Assembly: GCA_964371705.1 (NCBI GenBank) | Contig: CAYJNH010000002.1 | Location: forward strand, 1 to 43,069 | Direction: 5' to 3' | DNA from: an uncultured Muribaculaceae bacterium | GTDB taxonomy: Bacteria; Bacillota_I; Bacilli_A; RF39; UBA660 | Length of the DNA stretch: 43,069 bases | Part shown: one piece after another, positions 16,889 to 26,018 of the stretch | Numbering within the stretch: position 1 is the first letter of the stretch | How the letters are laid out: each line of letters begins with the position of its first letter | Translations under genes and position numbers: made by a program | The notes under the pieces: generated by a model | Database searches by the model: none | Told to the model about the DNA's origin: nothing | What the model saw: the letters and a program-made list of their open reading frames with translations, nothing else

Positions 16889-17527
16889 CTATCTTTCTAT
16901 TTTTTTGCGATTCTTCTCTCGCCAATCATTTATAAGTTTATGATTTCCATTTATTAAGACTTCTGGAACTTTCATTCCATTGTATTCAGCAGGTTTGGTA
17001 TACGATGGGTAGTCATAGTATTCATCATCAAAAGATTCAACGTCTAAACTTGACTTATTGATTACTCCTGGTAGAAGCCTAACAATTGAATCACATATTG
17101 CCATCGCTGGTATCTCTCCACCTGTTAAAATATAATCTCCTATAGATATTATTTCATCTGCTAATGATTTTATTCTTTCATCAAATCCCTCGTAGTGACC
17201 ACATATAATAATTATATGTTTAAAATTCAATAATTTTTTAGCTGTTTGCTGATTATATGTTGCACCTTCAGGACTCAATATTATTATATGACTATCATCT
17301 GTTTTAATGTCATTAATTGCATCGAAAATAGGTTCACATCTAAGCAGCATACCAGGTCCTCCGCCGTATATAGTGTCATCTACTTGATTGTTGCTTAATT
17401 TAGAATAATCTCTAAAATTTATTGTGTTTATTGAAACGTAATCATTATTGATTGCTCTTTTTATAATTGATTCAGTTTTAAATCCGTTAAACATTTCTGG
17501 AAATAATGTAAGTATATCTATTTTCAT
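16889..17527 (-). CDS. trmD: tRNA (guanine37-N1)-methyltransferase
   Basis: MKIDILTLFPEMF...DDTIYGGGPGMLL...ICGHYEGFDERI...SIGDYILTGGEIPAM are classic TrmD motifs. An ATGA overlap links it to rimM. Confidence 0.96.
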   Translation of the reverse strand: MKIDILTLFPEMFNGFKTESIIKRAINNDYVSINTINFRDYSKLSNNQVDDTIYGGGPGMLLRCEPIFDAINDIKTDDSHIIILSPEGATYNQQTAKKLLNFKHIIIICGHYEGFDERIKSLADEIISIGDYILTGGEIPAMAICDSIVRLLPGVINKSSLDVESFDDEYYDYPSYTKPAEYNGMKVPEVLINGNHKLINDWREKNRKKIER

Positions 17528-18012
17528 ATTATTAAATCCTTTCCATTATTGGTTACTATTTTTTTATTTTTTACATCTATGTGGTCTATGTAATTTTCTA
17601 TAAATGGGATGTAAAAATTATTATAACCAACAACATGTATTAAATTATGAGCTGGACTATATAATATATCGTTTACTTTACCTAATATAACTTCACCATC
17701 AAATACATCAAAACCAATTAATTCATTTAGTAAATATTCATCTTCTTTTAAATTCAAATCATTTCTATTTATATATACATCAGAAGAAACATATTTATAA
17801 ATTTCATTGATATCATATATTCCATCTATAGTTATCATATCAAAACCTTTATGTGATCTATAACTAGTTATTTTATGATTTTCATCATTAATGTATATTA
17901 TAAATTCATTTTTAAAAACTTTTTCTTTCTTTTCAAAATCACTTTTTATTTTTAATTCCCCTTTTATACCATGTGTACTAGTGATTTTTCCTAAATATAT
18001 TTTATTTTCCAT
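17524..18012 (-). CDS. rimM: 16S rRNA processing protein RimM
   Basis: LGKITSTHGIKGELKIKS matches the RimM N-terminal motif. I trimmed the ORF-track start (18054) to ATG 18012, which has GAGGT upstream. The gene ends with TGA inside the trmD ATGA. Confidence 0.9.
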   Translation of the reverse strand: MENKIYLGKITSTHGIKGELKIKSDFEKKEKVFKNEFIIYINDENHKITSYRSHKGFDMITIDGIYDINEIYKYVSSDVYINRNDLNLKEDEYLLNELIGFDVFDGEVILGKVNDILYSPAHNLIHVVGYNNFYIPFIENYIDHIDVKNKKIVTNNGKDLII

Positions 18013-18718
18013 TATATACCTCGTACATAAGTATTGATGCACTAATACCCGCATTCAAACTTTCACATTCCTCTTTCATAGGAATTTTCACAAGTTCATC
18101 TACTTGTATTTCAGGGTTCATACCATTTCCCTCATTACCTATAACTATGGCTAATTTATCTTTGGTAAAGAAGTTTATTGTTTTACCGCTGTTAACATTG
18201 GTACCTATTATTTTATAACCATTTTCTTTTAATTCAGGGATAGTTTTTTGAATATCTATTTTTTTTATATTAACATTAAATATCATTCCTTCAGATGATC
18301 TTATGACTTTATCATTATATACATCTACTGTTCCATTTCCCAATAATACATTATCAAAACCAAAAGCAACTGCACTTCTAATTATAGTACCTAAATTACC
18401 AGGGTCTTGTAAATTATCTAATATTATTATATTGGAGTCATTAAAGCTGCAATCTGTAATTTTAACTGTTGCTGCTACTTTGCTAATTGTTACTTGATTT
18501 GATATTTTTTTCATTATTTCTTCTGTAACTATATATTTGTTTGCAAAATCATATGAATCACTTAATGTTATTAAATCAATTACTAAATTTTTTTCTAATG
18601 CTATATTAACTAAATGATCACCTTCAATTAAAAATAATTTTTCGTCATCTCTAGTTTTTTTTGTTTTTAATTTACTCCATAATCTAACTTTTTCGTTATT
18701 TACACTTGTTAACTCCAT
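18002..18718 (-). CDS. TrmH/SpoU-family RNA 2'-O-methyltransferase
   Basis: LDNLQDPGNLGTIIRSAVAFGF, IVIGNEGNGM and IPMKEECESLNAGISASILMYE are the three SpoU motifs. Confidence 0.85.
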   Translation of the reverse strand: MELTSVNNEKVRLWSKLKTKKTRDDEKLFLIEGDHLVNIALEKNLVIDLITLSDSYDFANKYIVTEEIMKKISNQVTISKVAATVKITDCSFNDSNIIILDNLQDPGNLGTIIRSAVAFGFDNVLLGNGTVDVYNDKVIRSSEGMIFNVNIKKIDIQKTIPELKENGYKIIGTNVNSGKTINFFTKDKLAIVIGNEGNGMNPEIQVDELVKIPMKEECESLNAGISASILMYEVYNGK

Positions 18719-19347
18719 AATTTTAACCTCTTTTTATATTCTTTGTATTTTGGGCAAGCAGTTTTAACCAGTTCCCAAAATTCTTTTCCATGATTTCCTT
18801 CAAAAAAATGACATAGTTCATGAATTATTACATAATCTATTAATTCAATATCTTTTTTTAATAATTCTGTATTTAATGTTATTTCTTTTTTTCTAGTATG
18901 ACATACACCCCATCTTGTTTTCATTTTTCGTACTTTTATTTTGAATTCTGGTAAATTTACAAAACATTTTTTGCAGATATTTGCTTCTCCAGTAAATACC
19001 TTTACACATTCTTCATTCCAAAATTTTTCTAAACTTGAAACGGATGGTGTATAAACAGTATTATCCTTAAATCCTACTTTAGGTAAGTTTTCTACAACTT
19101 TAACTTCGTATTCTTTTCCTAGATAGTAAAATTTTTCATTATACTCATTTTTTTGTTTTTGTAAGTTATATAAATTTAATATTTCTTCTTCATTTTTTTT
19201 AATTAATGCATTTACTTCTGTTTCTTTCATTCTTAAAGGTGCTGATACTATTAAATTATTTTTTTCATCCACTCTAAAATAAATATTTTTTATACTTTTG
19301 TAATTTATATATGTTTCAATAACTACATCTTTAATATTAATTTTCAT
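18709..19347 (-). CDS. YgjP-like (DUF45 / M48-type) metal-dependent hydrolase
   Basis: HELCHFFEGNHGKEFW contains the HExxH motif followed by the pattern typical of DUF45 proteins. Confidence 0.78.
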   Translation of the reverse strand: MKINIKDVVIETYINYKSIKNIYFRVDEKNNLIVSAPLRMKETEVNALIKKNEEEILNLYNLQKQKNEYNEKFYYLGKEYEVKVVENLPKVGFKDNTVYTPSVSSLEKFWNEECVKVFTGEANICKKCFVNLPEFKIKVRKMKTRWGVCHTRKKEITLNTELLKKDIELIDYVIIHELCHFFEGNHGKEFWELVKTACPKYKEYKKRLKLWS

Positions 19348-19451
19348 ATATACCTCTGAATAAATTTTATCAAAAATAACACAATATGTCTACTTTTATA
19401 CAATATTAATATAGTTATTTATAGATATGTGTATATATTACATGATTCCAA

Positions 19452-19480
19452 TAAAAAAACAGATTAATAATCTGCTTTTT
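19452..19480 (-). terminator. intrinsic terminator after the U32 gene
   Basis: On the minus strand: AAAAAG-CAGATT-att-AATCTG-TTTTTTTAT (stem 19474-19469 / 19465-19460). It overlaps the TAA stop. Confidence 0.65.
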
Positions 19481-20651
19481 CTATTGTTTTAAGTCTTAAC
19501 ATAGTAAATTTTTCTAATTCTATGTCTGTTTTAATTTTCACTATCATTTGTGCATGTGGAGCAACAGTTATTGAATTCATGTTTTTGTCATACATATTAC
19601 TTATTTTATAACTTTGTAATAAATTATTTGGTCCAAAAAACTCGATTTCATCACCTAATTTAAAATTATTTCTCTGTTCAATAGTTAAAATTTTGTTGTT
19701 TTTATCGTAATCTAATACTACTCCTAAAAAGTCTTTATTAGTTACTTCCATTCTATCTGAAAAATATTGATCTGTTTCATCTGGCAAACTATCAAAAAAT
19801 TGTCCTTTTGATTCTCTATTTGCACATCTATTTAGGATATCTAAATAATATTTTTTTAATGGTTCAGTTAATTTTTTTGCTTTTATTAAATCAAATATTG
19901 ATCTATATGTACCAATTATGGTAGCTATATAGTAAATGGATCTCATTCTTCCTTCTACTTTATAAGAAACTACTCCCATATTCATCATTTCTTCAATATG
20001 GTTAATCATATTCAAATCTTTACTCATCATTGTAAAATCTGGTTTGTCATCATTTTCAAAACACCAACGACACACTTGAGCGCATCCGCCTCTATTAGCA
20101 TCTCTATTAGTAGTTATATTAGACAGTACGCATTTGCCAGAAAAAGATGTGCACATTGCCCCATGAATAAATACTTCTGTTTCTAGTTTTGTATTATCTA
20201 TTATTCTTTTTATGTCATTTTTAGAAGTTTCTCTAGCTAGCACTATTCGTTTAACTCCTAAATTTTTCCAAAACAATGCACTATATTCGTTATATACACT
20301 TGCTTGAGTTGATAATACTATAAATAAATTTAAATTTAATTTCTTCACCAAACTTATTACAGCTATATCACTTGCAATTATTCCATCTACACTTATATCT
20401 GCTAAATATCTTAAATATTTTTCTAATCCATTCAAGTCTTTATTATGGAACACTATATTTACTGTTATATATACTTTTTTATTTAAGTTATGAGCATAAT
20501 CAACTGCTGTTTTCAATTCTTCATTAGAAAAATTTTTTGCATTCGCTCTTAAACTATAGTTTTGTCCTCCTATATAAACGGCATCTGCTCCATATAAAAA
20601 AGCAATTTTTAATCTCTCTAAGTCACCGGCTGGTGCTAATAATTCAAACAT
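19464..20651 (-). CDS. U32-family peptidase-like protein (YrrO/TrhP-type, tRNA U34 hydroxylation)
   Basis: MFELLAPAGD start and the U32 signature EVFIHGAMCTSFSGKCVLS. Trimmed to ATG 20651, which has GGTGGTGA upstream. Its position downstream of trmR matches B. subtilis yrrM-yrrN-yrrO. Confidence 0.85.
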   Translation of the reverse strand: MFELLAPAGDLERLKIAFLYGADAVYIGGQNYSLRANAKNFSNEELKTAVDYAHNLNKKVYITVNIVFHNKDLNGLEKYLRYLADISVDGIIASDIAVISLVKKLNLNLFIVLSTQASVYNEYSALFWKNLGVKRIVLARETSKNDIKRIIDNTKLETEVFIHGAMCTSFSGKCVLSNITTNRDANRGGCAQVCRWCFENDDKPDFTMMSKDLNMINHIEEMMNMGVVSYKVEGRMRSIYYIATIIGTYRSIFDLIKAKKLTEPLKKYYLDILNRCANRESKGQFFDSLPDETDQYFSDRMEVTNKDFLGVVLDYDKNNKILTIEQRNNFKLGDEIEFFGPNNLLQSYKISNMYDKNMNSITVAPHAQMIVKIKTDIELEKFTMLRLKTIEKADY

Positions 20652-20652
20652 A

Positions 20653-21414
20653 TTATTCACCACCTTTTAATTTATAAATAGTTTCTTTTTCTAAAAATCC
20701 TTTATATTTTATCTTCCCGTCTAAAAATTTATCTACGGGTACATTAAATAAATTTATTATTACATATTTAATGTTATCATTATAGTTTTCGTTTAGACCA
20801 CTGAATATCTCGTTATAATAAAATACAGTTCCATCTTCATTTTCTATTGATATAAAATCAAACTCTGTATTTTTCAAATTTAATTTGTTTTTATTTTCTA
20901 AATCGTGATATTTTGAATAATTTGTATTTAATTTTCTTTTAGAATAGGACACATTTAAGTATCCAAAACCGTATATACTCAGTTTTTTTGTACTTTTTTC
21001 TAATATTTCATTTGTTTCATCTAATGTAATATCTGGTGATAAAACTACTGTGTCTACAAAATCTAACATTGCATTTACACTATCATAACTAAGGTTATGA
21101 TGCAGGTTAAATAAGATTTTTTCTATTTTCAGATCTTTTATCAATTCTATAACGCCTAAATCATCAAAAACTATCCCTTTAATGTTATTAGGAATTTTGT
21201 TTAATATATTCTTTAAATTATCTAAATCTACATTAGTCATCATTTTATTTATATATATATATGAGTTATCTTCTTTAATTTCATTAATATCAAAATATTT
21301 ATTAAATCCAATAGAAAAAAACTTAAGAGGGTACAAAAATTTTGTTATACCGTTATTCTTAAGTTTTGATATGTCTTCTAAATTTTCAATTATAGTTAAA
21401 AATTTAGATTTCAT
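20653..21414 (-). CDS. second U32-related protein (YrrN-like); assignment mainly positional
   Basis: 253-aa ORF lying between the O-methyltransferase and the U32 gene, as yrrN does in B. subtilis. The sequence is divergent and I could not see the U32 signature. Confidence 0.5.
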   Translation of the reverse strand: MKSKFLTIIENLEDISKLKNNGITKFLYPLKFFSIGFNKYFDINEIKEDNSYIYINKMMTNVDLDNLKNILNKIPNNIKGIVFDDLGVIELIKDLKIEKILFNLHHNLSYDSVNAMLDFVDTVVLSPDITLDETNEILEKSTKKLSIYGFGYLNVSYSKRKLNTNYSKYHDLENKNKLNLKNTEFDFISIENEDGTVFYYNEIFSGLNENYNDNIKYVIINLFNVPVDKFLDGKIKYKGFLEKETIYKLKGGE

Positions 21415-22000
21415 TTTTTTTCACACTCACTGAAAGACCATCGCCTACGTTGTAAAATTTTGTTGTAAATTCTTCATTATCCTTAAGAAAATCTACATAA
21501 TTTTCCACTTTTTCAACTAAACTTTTTAAACTTTTACCTTCTATTTCATTTGAATGACCAACGTGTCCATGAAAATTAATATTATCAGTTATGATAATAC
21601 CATTAGGTGCTAAAAAGTGTTTAAATTTTTCAAAAAATTTAGTATATTGACCTTTAGCTGCATCAATAAATATTAATTCATATTTTATTTCATCAGATAA
21701 ATTCACTTCTAATGCATCTTGATATACTACAGTTATTTTATTATCTAAACCACATTTTTTTACATTTTTAAGACATTCCATATATCTTTCGCCATCACGT
21801 TCAATAGTAGTAATTTGTGTATTTTGATTTACTGATGCCATCAATATTGCTGAGTAACCTATCGCACTTCCTATTTCTAAAATATTTTTTACATTATTTG
21901 CCTTGATGTATTTCATAATAAATGTAATTGAATCTTTTTCTATTATTGGCACATTTTTTTCGGCTGCATATTTTTCCATTTCTAAAATATGTTGTTTCAT
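21404..22000 (-). CDS. trmR: SAM-dependent O-methyltransferase (YrrM/TrmR-like, tRNA mo5U34)
   Basis: The SAM-binding motif I is ILEIGSAIGYSAILMA, and FIDAAKGQY is typical of class 3 O-methyltransferases. Trimmed to ATG 22000, which has AAGGAG upstream. Confidence 0.82.
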   Translation of the reverse strand: MKQHILEMEKYAAEKNVPIIEKDSITFIMKYIKANNVKNILEIGSAIGYSAILMASVNQNTQITTIERDGERYMECLKNVKKCGLDNKITVVYQDALEVNLSDEIKYELIFIDAAKGQYTKFFEKFKHFLAPNGIIITDNINFHGHVGHSNEIEGKSLKSLVEKVENYVDFLKDNEEFTTKFYNVGDGLSVSVKKNEI

Positions 22001-22010
22001 AAAACTCCTT

Positions 22011-23075
22011 CTATAATTTCCCTTCATTACGTAATTCAATAACTTTAGCTTCAAATCCACTAATGGTTTCATAAAAGAATACCTCTCCAGTGGTTACATC
22101 CGCTACAAAGTATAAATAATTTGTATCAGATGGATTTAATGCTGCTGTTATAGATTCAAAAGATGGATTGCATATTGGTCCTATTGGAAGCCCTAAAAAT
22201 TCAGGATTCCTTGTGTTATAACCATTATCTGCATTTAAATCATCTACTGTTAATACAGCTCCAATTTCTTTTCCTACACCATAATATGATGTAACATCCA
22301 TCCCTAGCGGCATGTCAATCGCCAATCTAGAGTATACCACTTGTGAGACTTTTTGTCTAGTTGAAGCATCTAAACCTTCAGTTTCTGCTATAGAGGCAAT
22401 AGTTAATATTTCATGTAGTGAGCTACCACTTTGTTCTATATTTGTTGTAAGACTTGATAATTTAGATGCTGTGTGATCGAGCAGTTTTTCTATTATTTCT
22501 TTTACTGATGAAGATGTATAAAATTCATAAGTATCTGGGAATAAATAACCTTCTAATGGATAATATATTTCATTTTCTAATATATCTTTTGACAAAAAAC
22601 TATATTCATTTACAAGACTTTCAGCATAAACTTTATCTTTAAATATTTCTAATACTTCATCATATGAATAATTGAAATTTTCACTTATTACTTCTGCATA
22701 GTAAGTTATTCTTTTACCTTCCACAAATGTAACTGATACTGTTTCTTCAAAAACATTTGTTTTTCCGTCATTTATTTGATTTAATATTTCGCTAGTACTA
22801 TCTTGTCTATTTAAATTGTAAGTGCCAGCTTGTAAATTCATATTGATATTTAACAATATATAAATATTTGCGGCTATTTCATTTTTAATTATTCCTGCAT
22901 CTTTTAAATCACTTATTATATCAAATTTATTTGTTCCACTTTTTATTTCAAATTTAACGTATTCTGCTTCTTTACTTACTGCTTTAAGCTCATTTAATGT
23001 ATATAAAAACATTGCAATTAATAATGCTGAGATTGAAGCAACTATTATAATTAATATTTTTTTCTTTTTACTCAC
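22011..23075 (-). CDS. mltG: endolytic murein transglycosylase MltG (YceG-like)
   Basis: An N-terminal TM segment plus GYNTRNPEFLGLPIGPICNPSFESITAALNPSDTNYLYFVAD, the conserved YceG core. Confidence 0.9.
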   Translation of the reverse strand: MSKKKKILIIIVASISALLIAMFLYTLNELKAVSKEAEYVKFEIKSGTNKFDIISDLKDAGIIKNEIAANIYILLNINMNLQAGTYNLNRQDSTSEILNQINDGKTNVFEETVSVTFVEGKRITYYAEVISENFNYSYDEVLEIFKDKVYAESLVNEYSFLSKDILENEIYYPLEGYLFPDTYEFYTSSSVKEIIEKLLDHTASKLSSLTTNIEQSGSSLHEILTIASIAETEGLDASTRQKVSQVVYSRLAIDMPLGMDVTSYYGVGKEIGAVLTVDDLNADNGYNTRNPEFLGLPIGPICNPSFESITAALNPSDTNYLYFVADVTTGEVFFYETISGFEAKVIELRNEGKL

Positions 23076-23077
23076 TT

Positions 23078-23293
23078 TTACTCCTTTTCACTCATTTTAT
23101 CTAGCATAATAATCAGATTATCTCTTTCTGATTTAGTTACATCTTTTAGTATGTTAGTATTCTCTTTATACTTTGCAAAATTTACTTTATTATTTTTTTT
23201 GAAGCATATGTAATTGTACTTTTCGTTTTCTACTATAAATAAAATATCGTGTGCTTCTCTTCTTTTGTTTTTTATAAAAATTTTATTTTCCAT
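23078..23293 (-). CDS. small DUF1292/YrzB-like protein
   Basis: A 71-aa ORF between ruvX and mltG, exactly where yrzB sits in B. subtilis. DILFIVENEKYNYICF resembles the DUF1292 core. Confidence 0.5.
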   Translation of the reverse strand: MENKIFIKNKRREAHDILFIVENEKYNYICFKKNNKVNFAKYKENTNILKDVTKSERDNLIIMLDKMSEKE

Positions 23294-23699
23294 TTTGAAT
23301 ACCCTTCATAAAAGTATCTAATATTACAGTTGCAGAAACTGTATCTATGATTTTTTTACTATTTTTTTCGTTTTTTCCTGCTGAATGTAATAAACTCTGT
23401 GCAAAAACAGTACTTAATCTTTCATCAACTAGATGTATTTTAATATTCTTTGTATCAATATAATCTTTTAGTTCATCAAATCTTTTAGTTGCAAAGCCAC
23501 TACTTCCGTCCATATTTTTAGGATAACCTACAATAAAATCTGTTATATTATTTTCTGAAATAATATAGTTTATTTCATTTCCTAATTCATTATAATTTTT
23601 AAAAGCTATTGTATTATATGGACATGCTAAAGTATTTGTTCTATCACTTATTGCTACTCCACATCTTTTTGTACCTAAATCTATTGCTAAATATCTCAT
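23283..23699 (-). CDS. ruvX: Holliday-junction resolvase-like / pre-16S rRNA nuclease RuvX (YqgF)
   Basis: MRYLAIDLGTKRCGVAISD...GYPKNMDGS...DERLST are YqgF-family motifs. Confidence 0.9.
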   Translation of the reverse strand: MRYLAIDLGTKRCGVAISDRTNTLACPYNTIAFKNYNELGNEINYIISENNITDFIVGYPKNMDGSSGFATKRFDELKDYIDTKNIKIHLVDERLSTVFAQSLLHSAGKNEKNSKKIIDTVSATVILDTFMKGIQNGK

Positions 23700-23941
23700 T
23701 ATACACCTAAATATCCATTTAAAATTGCTCTTAATATTTCATTAGAGTTATATTTTTTAATTTTTTTTCTTGCGTTATTATAACTAGTAATATATGATTC
23801 ATCGCCAGTAGTTATATAGCCTACTAGTTGATTTACTGGATCATATCCACTTTCATTTAACGCTTTGATTATTTCATTAATTTCCATTAGAATTAATTCT
23901 TGTCTTAATTCTTTTATATTATATATACTTGTTTTATCCAT
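23699..23941 (-). CDS. ireB: IreB-family regulatory phosphoprotein (UPF0297)
   Basis: ALNESGYDPVNQLVGYITTGDESYITSYNNARKKI closely follows the UPF0297/IreB core ([20 protein letters not shown]). Confidence 0.85.
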   Translation of the reverse strand: MDKTSIYNIKELRQELILMEINEIIKALNESGYDPVNQLVGYITTGDESYITSYNNARKKIKKYNSNEILRAILNGYLGV

Positions 23942-23993
23942 ACTACGTCACCTTCATATATATATTTATTTTAACATTAAACACATAAAATTA

Positions 23994-24021
23994 CAAATAA
24001 AAACCATTATTATAATGGTTT
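23994..24021 (-). terminator. intrinsic terminator after the 178-aa ORF
   Basis: 8-bp stem AAACCATT / AATGGTTT (24021-24014 / 24008-24001) followed by a U-rich tail. It overlaps the double stop TAATAA. Confidence 0.55.
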
Positions 24022-24546
24022 ATTATTTCTTTTTCTTTGATTACATCCAGTTAAAATATTTAACTGGTCTTCGGTAAATACATCTTGATTATAATCATAT
24101 ATTATAGATTCTAAAAAGTAATCTTTAATATTTATTATTTCTTCATAACATGGAAGACTATCTAAACTTTCTTTGTATAAAGATATTATATCTCCTTTTA
24201 TCAATTCTTTTAGTGCCGAATTTTCCTTTTTGTTTTCTTTTTTTACAGTTACTTTTATTTTTCCTGTATACAAATTGATTCTATGCTTTGAAATATAGTT
24301 ACTACATTCATATATTTTACCATGTTTTTCTCCTTCAACCATTTCAGTTGAATAATTTTGTGGATTAATTTTGAAAAATTTTATAGTCTTATCTTTAAAA
24401 TATCCGCCAAAAATAAAATATATTAAATCGTCTTTTTTTGATTTTACTAATCCTTCAAACCATCCGTTTTTTTCTAATAAAATATTTCCTGTAAAATCAC
24501 TTTTTTCTTCTTCATTTATTATATTTATTTCTTTTAATTCCAGCAT
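24010..24546 (-). CDS. hypothetical protein (178 aa)
   Basis: Clean ORF with AAGGAG upstream, plus its own promoter and terminator. No recognisable motif. Confidence 0.55.
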   Translation of the reverse strand: MLELKEINIINEEEKSDFTGNILLEKNGWFEGLVKSKKDDLIYFIFGGYFKDKTIKFFKINPQNYSTEMVEGEKHGKIYECSNYISKHRINLYTGKIKVTVKKENKKENSALKELIKGDIISLYKESLDSLPCYEEIINIKDYFLESIIYDYNQDVFTEDQLNILTGCNQRKRNNKPL

Positions 24547-24566
24547 ATATCTCCTTCAAGGTTTTT

Positions 24567-24595
24567 ATTATATCATATTTGTTACATTTTTGCAA
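24567..24595 (-). promoter_or_regulatory. sigma-A promoter of the 178-aa ORF
   Basis: TTGCAA (24595-24590), 17-nt spacer AAATGTAACAAATATGA, TATAAT (24572-24567). The spacer is 15/17 identical to that of the promoter at 27666-27694. Confidence 0.6.
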
Positions 24596-24638
24596 TTCAA
24601 TAAAAAAACACCAGTATTACTGATATTTATTTATATTT

Positions 24639-24723
24639 TGGTGCAAGCAAAGGGACTTGAACCCCCATGGAATACTCCACTAGATCCTAAGTCTAGCGCG
24701 TCTACCAATTTCGCCATGCTTGC
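24639..24723 (-). tRNA. tRNA-Leu (anticodon UAG), CCA encoded
   Basis: The reverse complement folds as a class II tRNA: acceptor GCAAGCA/UGCUUGC, anticodon arm CUAGA-CUUAGGA-UCUAG, a long variable arm, a GGUUCAAGUCC T-arm and a 3' ACCA. Confidence 0.92.
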
Positions 24724-24726
24724 ATA

Positions 24727-24803
24727 TGGTGGTCCTCGTAGGACTCGAACCTACGACCGCCCGGTTATGAGCCGGATGCTCTAACCAACTGAGCTAGAGG
24801 ACC
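24727..24803 (-). tRNA. tRNA with CAU anticodon (Met, or more likely lysidine-modified Ile2), CCA encoded
   Basis: GGUCCUC-UA-GCUC-AGUUGGUUA-GAGC-A-UCCGG-CUCAUAA-CCGGG-CGGUC-GUAGG-UUCGAGU-CCUAC-GAGGACC-ACCA. The D-arm, T-arm and variable loop strongly resemble B. subtilis tRNA-Ile(CAU) as I recall it. Confidence 0.9.
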
Positions 24804-24814
24804 ACTGCTCTTTA

Positions 24815-24843
24815 ATTTTAGCATAAAATTTATTACAGTGCAA
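24815..24843 (-). promoter_or_regulatory. promoter of the two-tRNA unit
   Basis: TTGCAC (24843-24838), 17-nt spacer, TGC-TAAAAT (24820-24815, extended -10). The predicted start lies about 5 nt before the first tRNA. Confidence 0.55.
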
Positions 24844-24850
24844 GAAAAAA

Positions 24851-25558
24851 TTAATCAATTAATTTACTTTCTCCAGTTAAATAGTTAATTTCTACTCCTG
24901 GTTCTACATTATGTACATAAACATTAAATAATATTCCATCTTCTATTATTGATTGAGCCTCTATAGTAACCCCACTTGCTACGAGATTATTCCCTTCATA
25001 AACAGGCGTTACTCTGTAAAGAACTGGATCATTTGTTTCTTTTATATAATCAGCGACCAAATTTTCAAAAGGAAGCATTCCTTCTACATTAAAACTTCTT
25101 GTACCTGTTATTAAATTTTCTTCATTTGCATTTTCACCTGTTAACTGAAAGCCGATTAAATGAGATCTATTATATAGATACTTTCCTGATACATGTTCAT
25201 ATTTTACTGTATGCCAGCCAGTAGGTTTAATTCCACCTATGCTTTCTCTATCTTCTGTAGGCATCAAGCTTTGATTTATTTTGGCAAAAGCAATACCTGC
25301 TCTACCTAAATTATCAAGTTCACTATAGCTTTCAAATATATTTAAATTTTTATCTTCTTCTGTAAAATAAGGAATATTATTGTTTATTTCTTCAAAATAC
25401 GAACCATTATATTCAATAACTGTGCTACTACTATTAGCAGTAGCTTCTTCTTCAAATAATTCTGATATTAAATTTAGAGAAAAACCTTCTGATGTATTAA
25501 ATAATACAGCTCCTGCGATTGTTATTATTCCTGCTATTATTGCTACACTTTTTTTCAT
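24851..25558 (-). CDS. secreted DNA/RNA non-specific endonuclease (EndA/NucM-like, Endonuclease_NS_2 type)
   Basis: An N-terminal signal/anchor (AIIAGIITIAGAVLF) is followed by GWHTVKY...YNRSHLIGFQLTGENANEENLITGT...MLPFENLVADYI...VLYRVTPVYEGNNLVASGV. This is the conserved core of the family. Confidence 0.85.
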   Translation of the reverse strand: MKKSVAIIAGIITIAGAVLFNTSEGFSLNLISELFEEEATANSSSTVIEYNGSYFEEINNNIPYFTEEDKNLNIFESYSELDNLGRAGIAFAKINQSLMPTEDRESIGGIKPTGWHTVKYEHVSGKYLYNRSHLIGFQLTGENANEENLITGTRSFNVEGMLPFENLVADYIKETNDPVLYRVTPVYEGNNLVASGVTIEAQSIIEDGILFNVYVHNVEPGVEINYLTGESKLID

Positions 25559-25935
25559 TACACACCTTTATATATTGTTTTAGTAATTTTTTCATGAGAA
25601 CTACCAATAAATTCGCTTTCTTCTACTTTTTTATATTTTGCTAAATCTATTTCTAATTTCAAATCGCTTGGATATTTTCGATTAAAGTTATACAAAATGA
25701 TTTCATTTATTTCTTTTTCTAACCCTTTTAAACTATTTGTTTCTACAAAATTATATCCATCAGTTAAATTACTTACTACATTTATATTTTTATTAAATAA
25801 TTTTTCAGAAAATTCTAGAACATTAATTATTTCAATATTTTCTTCTATATCATTTATGATTACTCTATCCTTGCTTACTCTTCTTTTATTAAATAACATA
25901 CCGTTATTTTCATCTACACATACTATTACTTTCAT
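25558..25935 (-). CDS. hypothetical cytoplasmic protein (125 aa), translationally coupled to the nuclease gene
   Basis: Its TAA shares one nucleotide (25558) with the nuclease ATG. The N-terminal MKVIVCVDENNGMLFNKRR resembles the first beta-strand and loop of the DHFR/RibD_C fold, but the rest is not diagnostic. Confidence 0.5.
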   Translation of the reverse strand: MKVIVCVDENNGMLFNKRRVSKDRVIINDIEENIEIINVLEFSEKLFNKNINVVSNLTDGYNFVETNSLKGLEKEINEIILYNFNRKYPSDLKLEIDLAKYKKVEESEFIGSSHEKITKTIYKGV

Positions 25936-26018
25936 ATCTTACCTCAAATATATTATATCAAATTTATCAATATTTACATAATAAATTTTACATGTTATAC
26001 TTACTTTAGAGGTAAAAA

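Noticed and set aside
24371-24784. 137-aa plus-strand ORF.
   Set aside because: It runs antisense through the 178-aa gene and straight across both tRNA genes. It is an artefact of the open antisense frame.
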